64,000 nucleotides of DNA, from the NCBI RefSeq assembly GCF_902713615.1, contig NC_052151.1, positions 75,984,375 through 76,048,374 of the forward strand. Direction: 5' to 3'. The notes beneath the pieces are model-generated. The model was not told where the DNA came from. It saw nothing but the letters and a program-made list of their open reading frames with translations, and made no database searches. Shown here piece by piece: positions 26,380-38,213 of this stretch. The position numbers and the translations under genes were made by a program. The stretch's first letter is position 1. Every line of letters begins with the position of its first letter. This DNA comes from Scyliorhinus canicula (Eukaryota).

Positions 26380-27462
26380 TCCTGCTCAGCTGATGAATCA
26401 GTACTGCTCCATTTTGAACACCAATTGGAAGAAGCACTGAGGGTGGAAAGGGCACAGAATGTACTGTGAGTGGGGGACTTCAATGTGCATCACCAAGAGT
26501 GACTCAGTAGAACCACCACTGACTGAAATAGCTGAGTCTTGAAAGACATAGCTGCTAGACAGAACCAATAAAGGGGAGAGACCTACTTTACCTCATCCTC
26601 GGCAATCTACCTGTCCGGCATATCCATCACTGTACTATTACAATCAAACCGGAGAATCAGCCCTGGTTCAATGACAATGGGGGGGGGGGGGGGGGGGGGG
26701 GGGGATGCCAGAGGAACACTAGGCACACCTAAAACTGTGATGTTAACCTGGGAAAGCTATAACACAGGACCACTTTCACGCCGAACAGTTGAAGCAACAT
26801 GTGATGGGCAGAGCTTAGCAACTCCACAACCAATAGATCAGATCCAAGGTCTGTAGTCCTGCCACATCCAGTTGTGAATGGTGGTGGACAATTAAACAAC
26901 CAGAGGCTCCACAAATATCCTCAGTGATGGGGCAGCTCAGCACATCAGTGCAAAAGACAAGGCCGAAGCATTTGCACCCAGCTTTAGCTAGAAGTGCAGA
27001 GTGGATGGCCCACCTTAGCCACCTCCTGAAGCCCCCAGCATCACAAATGCCAGTGCTCAGCCAATTCAATCACGTTACTTCAGAACGAGTTGATTACCTA
27101 GCTATCGTCCCAGATGAGTATAGGCTGCTTTTCGCTTTGAGGGGTAGAGCTGACTGGTGGTGATTTAACCTGAGGATCACCTCACCTCAAGCGAGGGGCA
27201 AAGTTGAGAAGGCGGGGTCTTCATGAATAACCTCAGCTGGTACAGGACATTAGCCTCACTGTGCATCACAAACCAGCTGTCCAGCCAACCGAGTTAAACT
27301 TGTAATATACTCCCTAAGAGCACTGTGGGTGTACCTTCACCACATGTACTGCAGCTGTTCAAGGAGGCAGCTCACCACCACCTTCTCAATGGCAGTTAAG
27401 GGTGGATAGTAAATGCTAACTTAACTAGAAAGACCTCCATCCCATGAAAGAATAACAAAAAA
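26380..27462 (+). mobile_element. Fragmented L2 LINE with an internal SINE (27085-27298, -)
   Basis: APE-like VGDFNVHH at ~26472; L2 3' end catcccatgaaagaataacaaaaa at 27462. Confidence 0.7.
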
Positions 27463-28174
27463 TGTAAGCTTTCCGAAAAGTTGGTTCATTCCCATGTATG
27501 AGGAAGGAGGAAGGTGGTCAACAAACACATCTTGCTCAAAATTCATCAAGAAAGCAACTTCTGCAATAATATCCCATGAGGTTCATTTGACGGGAAAGGA
27601 GAAGAAATCACAGTCTTGCTATCTTCGTTAGAGGCACCAGTCAAATAGGAGGACTGGTAATGTGCAAGTGATCTAATGATTTCTTTGTATTGACTGTAAT
27701 CAACTGCACATCCAACAAGGTCACTGATATTGATGCAATAGCCCTGACACACATTTAAATGGCTATTGACAGAATGTCCCTGTAGAATTATTGTGATATA
27801 TGACCCCATGTTATGTATAATCCGAACCCAAAATAATAAAATTTGCACCAGCGGCAGAAGAGATGTTTTTATCAATAGGCAGAGAAAGTGAAACCTTTCA
27901 CTTTTTAGGTAAACCCATCTGTTCTGTGCAATCTATTTTCACTCTATTGTTTAGTGTTACTTTGAGTTATTTTATCATTTTGGCTCATTCTGAATCTTGC
28001 TGGAGTACAGTTCAAAGAGTCTGCCCAATTTTGTATTCTTTTAAATTGCTAAAAGTAACATTGAGCAGGGACCATAAAGATAAAAGTAAACTATTGCAAA
28101 TACTGAAATCTGAGAGAAAAACATTAAATACTAGACAATCTCAGCAGGTCTGACAGCAGCTGTGGAGAGAGCTA

Positions 28175-28824
28175 GGGCGGGATTGTCTCAGCCCACGGCA
28201 GGCCGGAGAATCGCTGGGCCCGGCGTGAACCGTGTGACGTCGCCCTGACGCCGGTCTGCTGCGTGACGCCGCCCGCCGGTCTGCTGATTCTCCGGAGAGC
28301 GGCGAATCGGCGCTGGTAGTGGCCTCCTGGTGATTCTCCGCCCGGGATGGGCCGAGCGGCGGCATAAAAAATCTGAGTCCCGCCGGCGCCGTCCACATGT
28401 GATCTTCCTCGGCAGGAACTCGACGTGCATCCATCCGGGGGCGGCCTGGTTGGGGGGGGAGGAGTGGTCTGACCCGGGGGAGGGGGCCTCCGCTGTGGCC
28501 TGGCCCGCGATCGGGGCCTACCGATCGGCGGGCTGGCCTCTCGGGCTGGGGGCCTCATTTGCTCCGTGCCGGACCCTGTAGCCCTACGCCATGTTGCGCG
28601 GGACCGTCACGGAGAAGGGAGCCACCGCGCATGTGCGCAATTGCGCCGGTCGCACTGCGCATACGCAGACCCGCGGTGCCCATTTGATGCCGGTATCGGC
28701 AGCTGGAGCAGCGTGGGTTGCTCCAGTGCCATTCTGGCCCTGGGGGCATGTTGACGCCGTCGTGAAACGCGACGGCGTTTACGACGGCGTCACCACTTGC
28801 CCTCAGGATCAGAGAATCCCGCCC
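28175..28824. mobile_element. Complete 650-bp Harbinger MITE
   Basis: TIRs GGGCGGGATT(G/C)TC at both ends; 3-bp TSD CTA (28172-28174, 28825-28827). Confidence 0.9.
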
Positions 28825-28929
28825 CTAATGTTTCTTTTCTGGATGACTATTAGTCAAAGCCCAGCTGAGACTGCTTCCCAGATTTACATAGATTTTTACC
28901 TTCACACCTTCGATTCACCCTAACTCTAT

Positions 28930-30126
28930 TTGGACAACCTTGTGATATTTCCGTAGCAACGTTTGGAAAACCCCATCGGTGATACTAAATATTTCTAACC
29001 AATTCAATTTGATTTTCTTCAGCATGTCACGCCCCATGAGGCTTGACCTCTTTCCTTCTGCAACGACCAATGGCAGCTGGGCTGACTGACATTGGTCTGA
29101 TACTGGTATGGATGCTGTCCCCCAATATCTTCAGTGCCTCTCTTGTATAACGGGGCTAAGGTGACTGCAGTACTGCTGAGATTCACAGGCTGCAGCCCTC
29201 CTGCAGGTACTTAAATGTTTGCTCAAGCACGACTGTGGCAGCCACCCCTGTATCGACCTCCATTTTAAGTGGATTGCCATCAATGGCGAGGGTGATCTCA
29301 ATGGAGGATCTCACTGTATTAAGCTAGCATACTTCTGATGTCTCTTCAAGGCTTTTCACAAGCTTATTGACTGGAGTCACCATCATTTTTGGGGAGGAAA
29401 TGTGTAGTAGACTGTCTGCCTGTACATCTGGCTTACAAATGAGATTTCTTCTTACATCTGTAATAGCTGAACTCTTTATAGATGCATCTGTCCTTGGGAG
29501 TGTTCTGGCACAATAGTAGCAAACATCCAAGCCTCGTGACTGCCTGTCACTTTTCTTCTTCTCTGGCTCCGCTGCTCCCTTGCTTCAGGAACCTCAAACA
29601 GCTGCCGTTTCCCGCCATACTGGTTCACCTCAGTCTGCACGCTTTGCCATTCAAAAGCGCTTTGTTCAGCGCTTTCAGTCGCTTGAGCCAACTCAACCGC
29701 CTTTTCCAAGAATATTGTGGTTTCTGCCAGCAACTTCTGAATATTTAAGTTGTTTATCTCGCAGACCAACCGGTCACACAGCATGTTGCTGAGAGAACTT
29801 CCAAATTCACAACGTCCCGACATTTGTCAAAGTCTGGCTATGAAAGCAGAAACCGTTTCACTGGACCTCTGATGGCAGAATGAAATTTGTATCGCTGCAT
29901 AATAATGGAGGGTCAGGGGTTATAATGGCCCCTCACTACTTGCACCAATTGATCAAACGACTTGGAGTTCGGAGGCTCTGGAGATGTTAAACTACGCACA
30001 AGATTGTCTGTTTGTGGGGCACAAACAATTAGTCATATTATTTTTTTGTTTCTCTTCAGCTCTTATTTCATTGGCAGCGATAAAGTATCAAAATGTTTCA
30101 ACATATTGGCTCCAATTGTCAACTTC
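28930..30126 (-). pseudogene. Gypsy gag-protease remnant
   Basis: RCEFGSSLSNMLCDRLVCEIN...LEKAVELAQATE (gag), CYYC knuckle relic, LKMEVDTG (protease), LMGRD. Confidence 0.8.
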
Positions 30127-32414
30127 AGGGCCTCAGGGGTTAGCTCCCCTTGCACCCCCGTGGATGAGCCCAGGGGCCATCAGGCACCCGAGGGATGTGG
30201 AGGCGATGGGGCCCGTGCCGGCGACTCCCGCAGGGGAAGTGCCAGAACACCGTAGCAACTTTAAAAAAAACAATTTCCAATTAAGGGGCAATTTAGCACG
30301 ACCAATCCATGTACCCTGCACATCTTTGGATTGTAGGGGGAAAACCCACGCAAACATGGAGAGAATGTACAAACTCCACATAGACAGTGACCCAGAGCTG
30401 GGATCGAACCTGTGACATCGGCGTCGTGAGACGGCAGTGCTAACCACAGCGCCACCGTGCTGCCGCAACGATAGCAACTTGGACTCCCCCCGCCACCCGC
30501 CTCCGGTCCCTGGTGCATCTAGTGGGCACTATGCCACCCGGGACACTTGAGCAGCAGCAGGATCCATCCAGGCCCGGTTGCCCAGAAGACGCCCGGCAAT
30601 GGGGACACAGGGCAGGAATCACAGCAGGCTGCCTCGATTCCTGCTGTACCATCTGGGGAATCGCCTAGATGTAGCGTTAGGGCCCGGAGGTTGGATACTA
30701 GTTAAGTTTATACCGGTGCAGGGCACAGTTTAGTTATAGGAGCTGGGGCACAAATCTGTAAATATTTGTTCACATTAAACACCTGTTGCCACCGTTACAA
30801 CCTGCCTCGGTGCTCTGTCTGATGGGTGCAAGGGGTGGGCTGGTCTGGGCTGGCTGGGAGAGGGGGGGAATGGGAATGCGCGGACGTTGTGGGTGGCATG
30901 TATTCTACACACATCCCTCTGCCCCCCCACCATCCCCACCACTGCCTCTCCCAGTGATTCGAAGGCACCGTGTGATGGAACGGCCAGCTCGCATGCAGGG
31001 ATCACCCAGGTGGACGGTGGAAAGTGCTACCATGGGCAGGAGTCAGACGTTGTCGTACGATGTGGAGCAGAAGAGCTGATCGCTGCACAGGTTGTCATCA
31101 TCCTCCATCCCATTGACCAGACCTGCTGTTTCTGCCAAACCAGGGTCCCCACCCCACAGTGCAACAGGTGTGCACCATGGAGGGAGTTGCAGGTGGGGTG
31201 TGGCAGAGGGGGGATGGGGAAGTGAGGAGGTATGGGGATGGGATGCGGTGTATGTGCTCCTGGCTAGTCCCCGCCTCCACCCTTTCAAGTTGTTGAGCCG
31301 GGAGGTGGTCAGGGTGTCTCATGCGTGTTGGCCCTGGCACACACGTCGTGTGGTCTCCCGTGCCTTCCTGGGCACCATGTCCTGCCACCCTTGCCCTCCT
31401 CCGTATCCTCCTCATCAGACGAGGCCTTGCGTTTCTCCTCCTCCTCCAGCACATTGCCCCTCTGTTGTACGATGTTGTCGAGGACACAGCAGACTGCCAC
31501 AATGCGGGCGACCCTCCAAGCGTTATACTGGAAGGCCCCTCCAGAGCGGCCCAGGCAGCAGAATCGCATATTCAGGAGATGGAAGCATCATTCAATCATG
31601 GACTCGGTCGCTTCATGGGTGTCGTTGTCGCTTGTTTCTGCATCGGTCTATGGGCTCTGAATAGGTTTCATCAGCCACGATTGCAATGGATCACCCCTGT
31701 CGTCCAGGAGCCAACACTCCCAGCTGGGGAGGCTTCTCGAACATCTCAGGAATCGTTGGGTATGCCAGGTTGAAGGCGTTGTGAACACCATCCGGGACAC
31801 ACGAGGACTCATGTAGCGCCTCCTTGGCACCTCCTCGTCCTCGGCCTCTTGGGCAGCCACCTCCCCAACCTGGGCGGCTGCCACTTGTCCCACTGCTGCA
31901 CACTCTGCTGCGGCAGCTTCGTCCTCCTCGAGTAGCGCCCCCTCGTACAGCCACAGGGCATCCCCCAGAGCTGCGGCGACTAGGAGGAAGGCCACCATTG
32001 CTGGTTGTATTCCAACATCCATTGTCTGCAGGGGGTGAAAGGCAGACATGTTAGCATGGTGCGTACCCCAAGCCCAACCAGATCCAATGGGGTACATGGT
32101 GGCCCCAGTAAGCACTGTGGCCTCTGCCCCACATCCCCCCCCCCGCACCCTTGGCCCCGTTGCTGGAAGACAGTGTGGGTACCGTCGGCCAGCACTGCCC
32201 TCACCTGGGGTATGCACCGCGGCCCCTGTAGGTTGGGCCGTTGGTGGGTGGTGGCCAGGGGTGGGGGGGGGATGGGGGGGGGGAGGGGAAGGGTGGGGGG
32301 GTGGGGGGGAGGGGAAGAGGGGATGGGGGGGAGGGGAAGGGGGGGATGGGAGCACCCCACATCCGGTGTCACTCTGCAGAAGCAGGGGCCAAGGTGGGTC
32401 AGTGGACAGTCAAG
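30127..32414. mobile_element. Harbinger copy A: 3' end of accessory gene (+, to ~30705) and internally deleted transposase (-, ~32021-31309)
   Basis: Transposase motifs WLLDDRGDPLQSWLMKP and RFCCLGRSGGAFQY...IVAVCCVLDN. The accessory C-terminus QQAASIPAVPSGESPRCSVRAR is homologous to 35200-35098. Confidence 0.85.
30262..30471 (-). mobile_element. Short-tail V-SINE with 9-bp TSD
   Basis: TSD TAGCAACTT at 30253-30261 and 30472-30480. Confidence 0.85.
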
Positions 32415-34080
32415 TCGGACTGTGTACTAAAGAAGACAATACAGTGTTCCCCAATCAGAAACCCTGGCTCAACCCAAGGGTTCACTCCCTGCTGAAGTCC
32501 CGGATGAAGGCGTTCAAGTCTGACAACCCTGACCTATATAAGAAATCCAGGTACAACATACGGGAAGCCATCAGGGTTACCAAAAGACAATTGCATCAAA
32601 CTAGAGTCCCAGGCCAACGGCACTAACCTACAACGCTTATGGTAGGGCTTACACAAGATCACAGGCTACAAAGCGAGGCCAAGCGGAATATCTGGGGCTG
32701 GAGCATCCCTCCCCGATGATCTGAACAAGTTCTGTACCCGCTTTGAACAGTCAGCCAATGTATCAGTGCCACCTGCCCCAACAGCCCTGGACACACCCAT
32801 ACCCACTATTACAGCCTTAGGTAGGAGCTGTCCTCTTGAAAGTTAATCCGCAGAATGCGACGACGGGCCCCGACGGAGTTCCTGGGTGAGCACTCGGAGC
32901 CTGCGCAGACCAGTGGCGAGTGTATTCACAGACACCTTGCCTCCGCTCCGAGGTCCCCACCACCTTCAAGAAGACCACCATAATACCAGTACCAAAGAAG
33001 AACAAAATAGCCTGCCTCAACGACTACTGACCAGTGGCCCTGACATCTGTTATCATGAAATACCTCGAGAGCCTAGTCATGAGACGGATCACTGCCAGCC
33101 TCCCAGACGGTCTCGATCCACTGCAGTTTGCCTCTCACTGCAACCGGTCCACAGCAGACGCTATCTCCCTGGCTCTACAATCAACACTCGAACACCTCGA
33201 CAACAAGGACACCTACGTCAGACTGCTGTTCATAGACTACAGCTCTGCCTTCAACACCATTATCCCGCCAAGACGAATAACCAACCTCTGCAACCTTGGA
33301 CTTGATCCCTCCCTGTGCAGCTGGATCCTTAACTTCCTCACCAACAGACTACAATCTGTCAGGATAGGCAACAGCACCTCCTCCACAATAGTCCTCAACA
33401 CCGGGGCCCTGCAAGGATGTGTGCTCAGTCCTCTATTGTACTCTTTATACGCACATGACTGTGTGGCAAGATTTAACTCCAACTCAATCTGTAAGTTTGC
33501 GGATGATCCGACTGTGGTGGGCCGTATCTCAAACAACGACGAATCAGACTACAGGAGTGAGATAGAACATAGACATAGAACATACAGTAGTAGGAAACAT
33601 GCAGAAGGAGGCTATTCGGCCCATCAAGTCTGCACAGACCAACTTATGCCCTCACTTCCACCCTATCCCATAACCCAATAACCCCTCCGAACCTTTTTGG
33701 ACACTAAGGGCAATTTAGCATGGCCAATCCACCTAACGTGCACATCTTTGGACTGTGGGAGGAAACTGAAGCACCCCGAGGAAACCCACTCAGACACAGG
33801 GAGAAAGTGCAGACTCCGCACAGACAGTGACCCAGTGGGGAATCAAACCTGGGACCCTGGTGCTGTGAAGCTACAGTGCTATCCACTTGTGCTACTGTGC
33901 TGCCCTCTGTGCTACCGTGCCACCCACAGATAGATCACTTGGTTTCATGGTCTACCAAAAACCTCTCTCTAGATGTTGGAAAGATCAAGAAACTGATCAT
34001 TGACTTCAGGAAGCGTAGCACGACCCCCCTCCCCCTCCCGCACCCTCCCCTCCCCCATTTACATCATTGGCTCCGAAGTA
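32415..34080 (+). mobile_element. Rex1/Babar LINE (5'-truncated RT region); its 3' UTR resumes at 37589-37823
   Basis: FPNQKPW; [10 protein letters not shown]...LDPLQFA...[13 protein letters not shown]...[13 protein letters not shown]...KFADD. The 3' end has a (TCAA)n tail at 37804-37823. Confidence 0.9.
33567..33927 (-). mobile_element. V-SINE with CR1 tail inserted in the Rex1 RT
   Basis: TSD AGATAGA at 33560-33566 and 33928-33934. Confidence 0.85.
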
Positions 34081-34081
34081 A

Positions 34082-34549
34082 GGCGACAGGAGTTATCCGC
34101 TGAGGTCTTGGCTGATGACGCCTATACGGAAGCCTCAGACCAATGCGGAAACATGATACAACGAGGCCCATGCAGCAACCAGGGGTGTGGTGGAGCGCTG
34201 CCTTGGGCTCCTGAAGATGAGATTCAGGTGCCTGGACCGCTCCGGAGGGGCCCTGCAGTACCAGGCCGACAGGGTCGCTCGCATTGTAGTGGTCTGCTGT
34301 GCGCTGCACAACATCGCGATGCAGAGGGGAGATGACCTGCTGCAGGAGGCGGAGAGAGAAGCCAGTGGCAGTGGTGCCAGCACAGAGGAGGAGGAGGAGG
34401 AGGAGGAGGAGAAGGCTGGCAGAGTGGCGGGCGCAGCCCGCAGACATGACCCAGGTGCTGGTGATGTCCAGGAGGCGGCACGACAGACCCGGCGAGGACG
34501 GCGGGCACGCGACGCCTTGGTGGCAGCACGGTTCACGCATCGCATGTGA
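34082..34549 (+). pseudogene. Harbinger (HARBI1-like) DDE transposase, C-terminal part
   Basis: GDRSYPLRSWLMTP...*YNEAHAATRGVVERCLGLLKMRFRCLDRSGGALQY...CCALHN; one in-frame TGA at ~34155. Confidence 0.9.
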
Positions 34550-35097
34550 CGTCCCCGCTGAACACCAAACCACCACCTGCATTGCTAGTCGTGCAGAGGG
34601 TCACCACACAACTGCCACCACCACAAACCCCCCACCCCCTCTCAGTGTACACTGCTCCACTTCGACATCACCCTTATCACTGGGTCCAGACGGTATGGCA
34701 CAACATTGATGGCTGTGCCAGCGGGTGTGATCAGTGCCATGTGGAATGATGACAGCCCGCTCTGCGAAGAGCTGTGAGCTCAGATTCGTTAGAGAGAGTC
34801 TGACCCATGGCATTAGCTGAATCATCCATCTTGGTGGCCGCTGAGATCGTCACTGACACTCCATCACGTGCCCGCGTGGGCTAGCTGTGGGAGGGGGTAG
34901 GGGCAGGGACTGCACACCCGGCACCGAGGTTTCACCACTCGTCAACCCCAGCGACACTCGGTCACCATCACGATTCCTGTGGCTGTGGAACAATCACACA
35001 GTATTACAAGTAAGGTGGAACAGTGCGTTTAATGTTAGCAATTATTTACAGGTGCCCTAGCCCCTACAACTAAACTGTGCCCTTCACCCGTGCCAAC

Positions 35098-37358
35098 TTA
35101 CTCAGTGTCTATCTTTGTTGCCTTACGGGCCCTAACACTACGTCGAAGTGACTCCCCAGATGATACAGCAGGAGTGGAGGAGGATTGCTGCGAATCGCCC
35201 CCCCTCGACTCGCTTCTCCTTGGCTAAGCGTTTCCTGGGGCGACCCGGCCTTGATGGGCCAGGCTGCTCTGCGGGCGTCTCGGGTGACATTGTGCCACCC
35301 TGCTCTGCCTGCTGCCCACCCGATGCACCAGGGATGGGACGGGGGGAGGCCGAGAATTCCGGGACGTCCCGTGATGGCCTTAATGGGACGGACCCCGAAA
35401 CCTCCTCCTCCCTCGGGGAGCCCGGTGGCCCCCGGGCCTCACTTTGGGACAGAGGTGCGAGCGGGGAGGTGCCCCGTCGCACCACCGACACCTGGCGCTG
35501 CCAGTCCTGGAGGCCTGCAACGGTATCCACCAGGATCCGAAGGCTTGCAGAGACAAAGTCCAGGGAGTTAGACATTCCCGCCAGGGACTGTGCGATCTCA
35601 ACCAGTGTGTGCACGACGCCATCCAGAACATGTGTCAGGCGGTTGATGCTCTCGGCGACTGACTGCTGCGACTGGCCAATGACCTGCTGAGACTCGGCCA
35701 AGGCCCGCAGGGCGCCGGCAATGTCGTTTTGGCTCTGGCACATTGCTGCCTGTGAGAGGGCAACCCTGTCCAGGGCCGAGGATGACGCGTGCATATTAAC
35801 CCCAATGCCTTGCATAACCTGACCCATTGCCTCCACCGCGGATGCCATCCGTGCGGTGTCGGACTGGGTCTCTGCCATGAGCGGCACCACTCCCTGCTCT
35901 TGGACGCGGTTCGACTCCTCTAACAGCGTCTGCAGAGCCAGGAAGGCAGCCCTCTTCCCGTCATTGTTTCCCTGGGTTTCTTGAGGCATCGGCTGTGCGG
36001 GTGGGTTGAGAAACTCCAGGAACTCAGAAAACGTCTGGGAGCCAGCTGCATCCTGGGCCTGGTCTGGCCTCCGCGAGTCCGGGCCCTCGGTTGCTCCGAC
36101 CTCCACCTGCTGTACCTGCTCAGCTGTGATGTGCCAACCAGACTGTGACCCAGGAGACTCAACACTAAATGGGCCCGCCGGGGTGTGTGTCTCTGCGATG
36201 ATGGATGTTGTGGGAGATAGCAGTGCCGCAAGCCCGAGGTTTTCAGTGTTTAGGCCCTCCTCCAGGGTGTGGGGCTGCTCAGCGTCCGGAGGGTTGTCCC
36301 TGGCCATTTCCGGGGGTTGTGGTCTCGCAACCCTCTGGGCGTCCTGGTCCGCAGATTGGGTTGAGGAGGATGGGGCTGCCCGCTGATCGGGCACCCTCTG
36401 TTGTGCAGCCCCGGGTGAGGTGGCGGCAGATTCCTGTCTCCGTCTGGAGCCAGACGGCCCTGGTCATTCGGCATCACGTCCTAGGGAAGAGAATGAGACG
36501 GGTTATTTAGATTTGCTCGGCAGGCCGCTGGACGGTCCCAGTGGGCAGGGTGTGAAGGGACAGAGGATGGGGGAGGTGTCCCAGTGGGCAGGGTGTGTGA
36601 AGGGACAGAGTAGGGGGGAGGTGTCCAAGTGGGCAGGGTGTGTGAAGGGACAGGGGATGGGGGAGGGGGGTGTTTGTCATGCAGGGTTGTCTCACTTGCT
36701 GCAGATCCGCCAACCTCGCATAGCGCGATATCCCGGGTAGCAGACCCCCCAACAAGGTCCAGGGCCCTCTGCTCAAAGGTGGTGAGGGGGTACAGGTTGG
36801 GCGAACGCCCTCCAGTCTTGTGCCGCTCACGGTGGTTGTGAGCGGACTTGGCCTGTTGGGGGCGGGAACATAGGTAGATCATTACAAAACGGCAGGTATC
36901 AGCAGGCCGTTCAGATACTGGCACAGTTTGGGGGGTCAAGTTGTCATAAGACGATTGCATCTCTCCTCGGGGCCAGAGCGCTGGGTCTGTGACAACTTTG
37001 TGAACCATCCTCAAATAACTCTGCCCCAATCCCCCTCCACCCCCCCGTGCCGGGGGGAGGTGGGTGATTAAGTTAAGGGGGATGGATGGTTTTGACCAGG
37101 GGGCACCTTCTTGGCACTTACCCTGGCAGCCCTGGTGAGGTCGTGTAGCTTCTTCCGGCACTGCTCAGCTGAGCGAGGGGCCTGCCCCACAGCACTAACG
37201 GCAGCACCCACCTCACGCCAGGCCTGGCGTACCGCACTGGCAGGTTGGCGATGCCCTCTCCGCGGGCGGATGATGCCCCTCCTCTGCTCAACGGCATCGA
37301 GCAGCGCCTCTACGTCAGCCTCCACAAACCGAGGAGCAGCTCTCCTCGCCTCTGACAT
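35098..37358 (-). CDS. Harbinger accessory protein: Myb/SANT-like domain plus long coiled coil, 3 exons (37358-37122, 36852-36696, 36480-35098), two lesions
   Basis: Exon 1 is a Myb/SANT-like domain (PRFVEADVEALL...AWREV...QCRKKLHDL). GT-AG junctions are phase-compatible. One TGA (36466-36464, likely from CGA) and one extra base in the homopolymer at 35198-35204. Confidence 0.8.
36537..36668. repeat. ~45-bp tandem repeat (about 3 copies) in intron 2 of the Harbinger accessory gene
   Basis: gtgggcagggtgtg(tg)aagggacagagga/gggggaggtgtcc repeated. Confidence 0.8.
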
Positions 37359-37842
37359 CCTGACCGACAGATCCTGTGGTCCCCCGCGTCGTTTTACGGC
37401 GTCACGTGGGCGTGATCGTGTCGTCGCCGCGTTCCGTCGTCATCACGCACGTGATTGACGCGGCCGCGTTACTAGCCCATTTCCCGGAAGTGAATACGTC
37501 GGGAAATGGAGCCTTCGCGACCGTCGTAAAACGCGCCCGATTTTTACGACGGTTTTACGATTTTCCGCGGGTGCGGAGAATCTCGCCCACTATTCATGAT
37601 GCGCTATGCTGTTCTTGCTCATTCGTATTTGCTTTGTTTGGCCCTTGTTCCGCACTGTAATCAATCACTATTTGTTGATGTACCATTTGTCGATGTACTC
37701 TATTGACTATTCTTTTTGTTTACTATGTACGCACTGTGTACGTTCCCTTGGCCGCAGAAAAATACATTTCACTGTACTTCAGTACATGTGACAGTAAAAA
37801 ATATCAATCAATCAATCAATCAAAACCATCTCTCCAACTGAC

Positions 37843-38195
37843 CAGCATGGTAGCATTGTGGATAGCACAATTGCTTCACAGCTCCAGGGTCCCAGGTTCG
37901 ATTCCGGCTTGGGTCACCGTCTGTGCGGAGTCTGCACATCCTCCCCGTGTGTGCGTGGGTTTCCTCCGGGTGCTCCGGTTTCCTCCCACAGTCCAAAGAT
38001 GTGCAGATTAGGTGGATTGGCCATGATAAATTGCCCTTAGTGTCCAAAATTGCCCTTAGTGTTGGGTGGGGTTACTGGGTTATGGGGATAGGGTGGAGGT
38101 GTTGACCTTGGGTCGGGTGCTCTTTCCAAGAGCCGATGCAGACTCGATGGGTCGAATGGCCTCCTTCTGCACTGTAAATTCTATGAAAATCTATG
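37843..38195 (+). mobile_element. V-SINE (HE1-like) with CR1 tail
   Basis: B-box GGTTCGATTCC, V-domain, tail gaatggcctccttctgcactgtaaattctatg. Confidence 0.9.
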
Positions 38196-38213
38196 ATGTC
38201 CATTCTCCCGCAG

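Larger units (their letters stand above)
34081..37588. mobile_element. Harbinger copy B (left end deleted): transposase C-terminal half (+) and convergent accessory gene (-)
   Basis: Right TIR ggagaatctcgccc ends at 37588; two convergent genes as in PIF/Harbinger elements. Confidence 0.9.

Noticed and set aside
35400-35960. Resemblance of the coiled coil to bacterial methyl-accepting chemotaxis or tape-measure proteins (HGT or contamination)
   Set aside because: Generic heptad composition; the ORF is an exon of a spliced Harbinger gene inside TIR-bounded DNA.
37860-37915. tRNA-like A/B boxes
   Set aside because: SINE heads, not cloverleaf tRNA genes; the same applies to all SINE copies.
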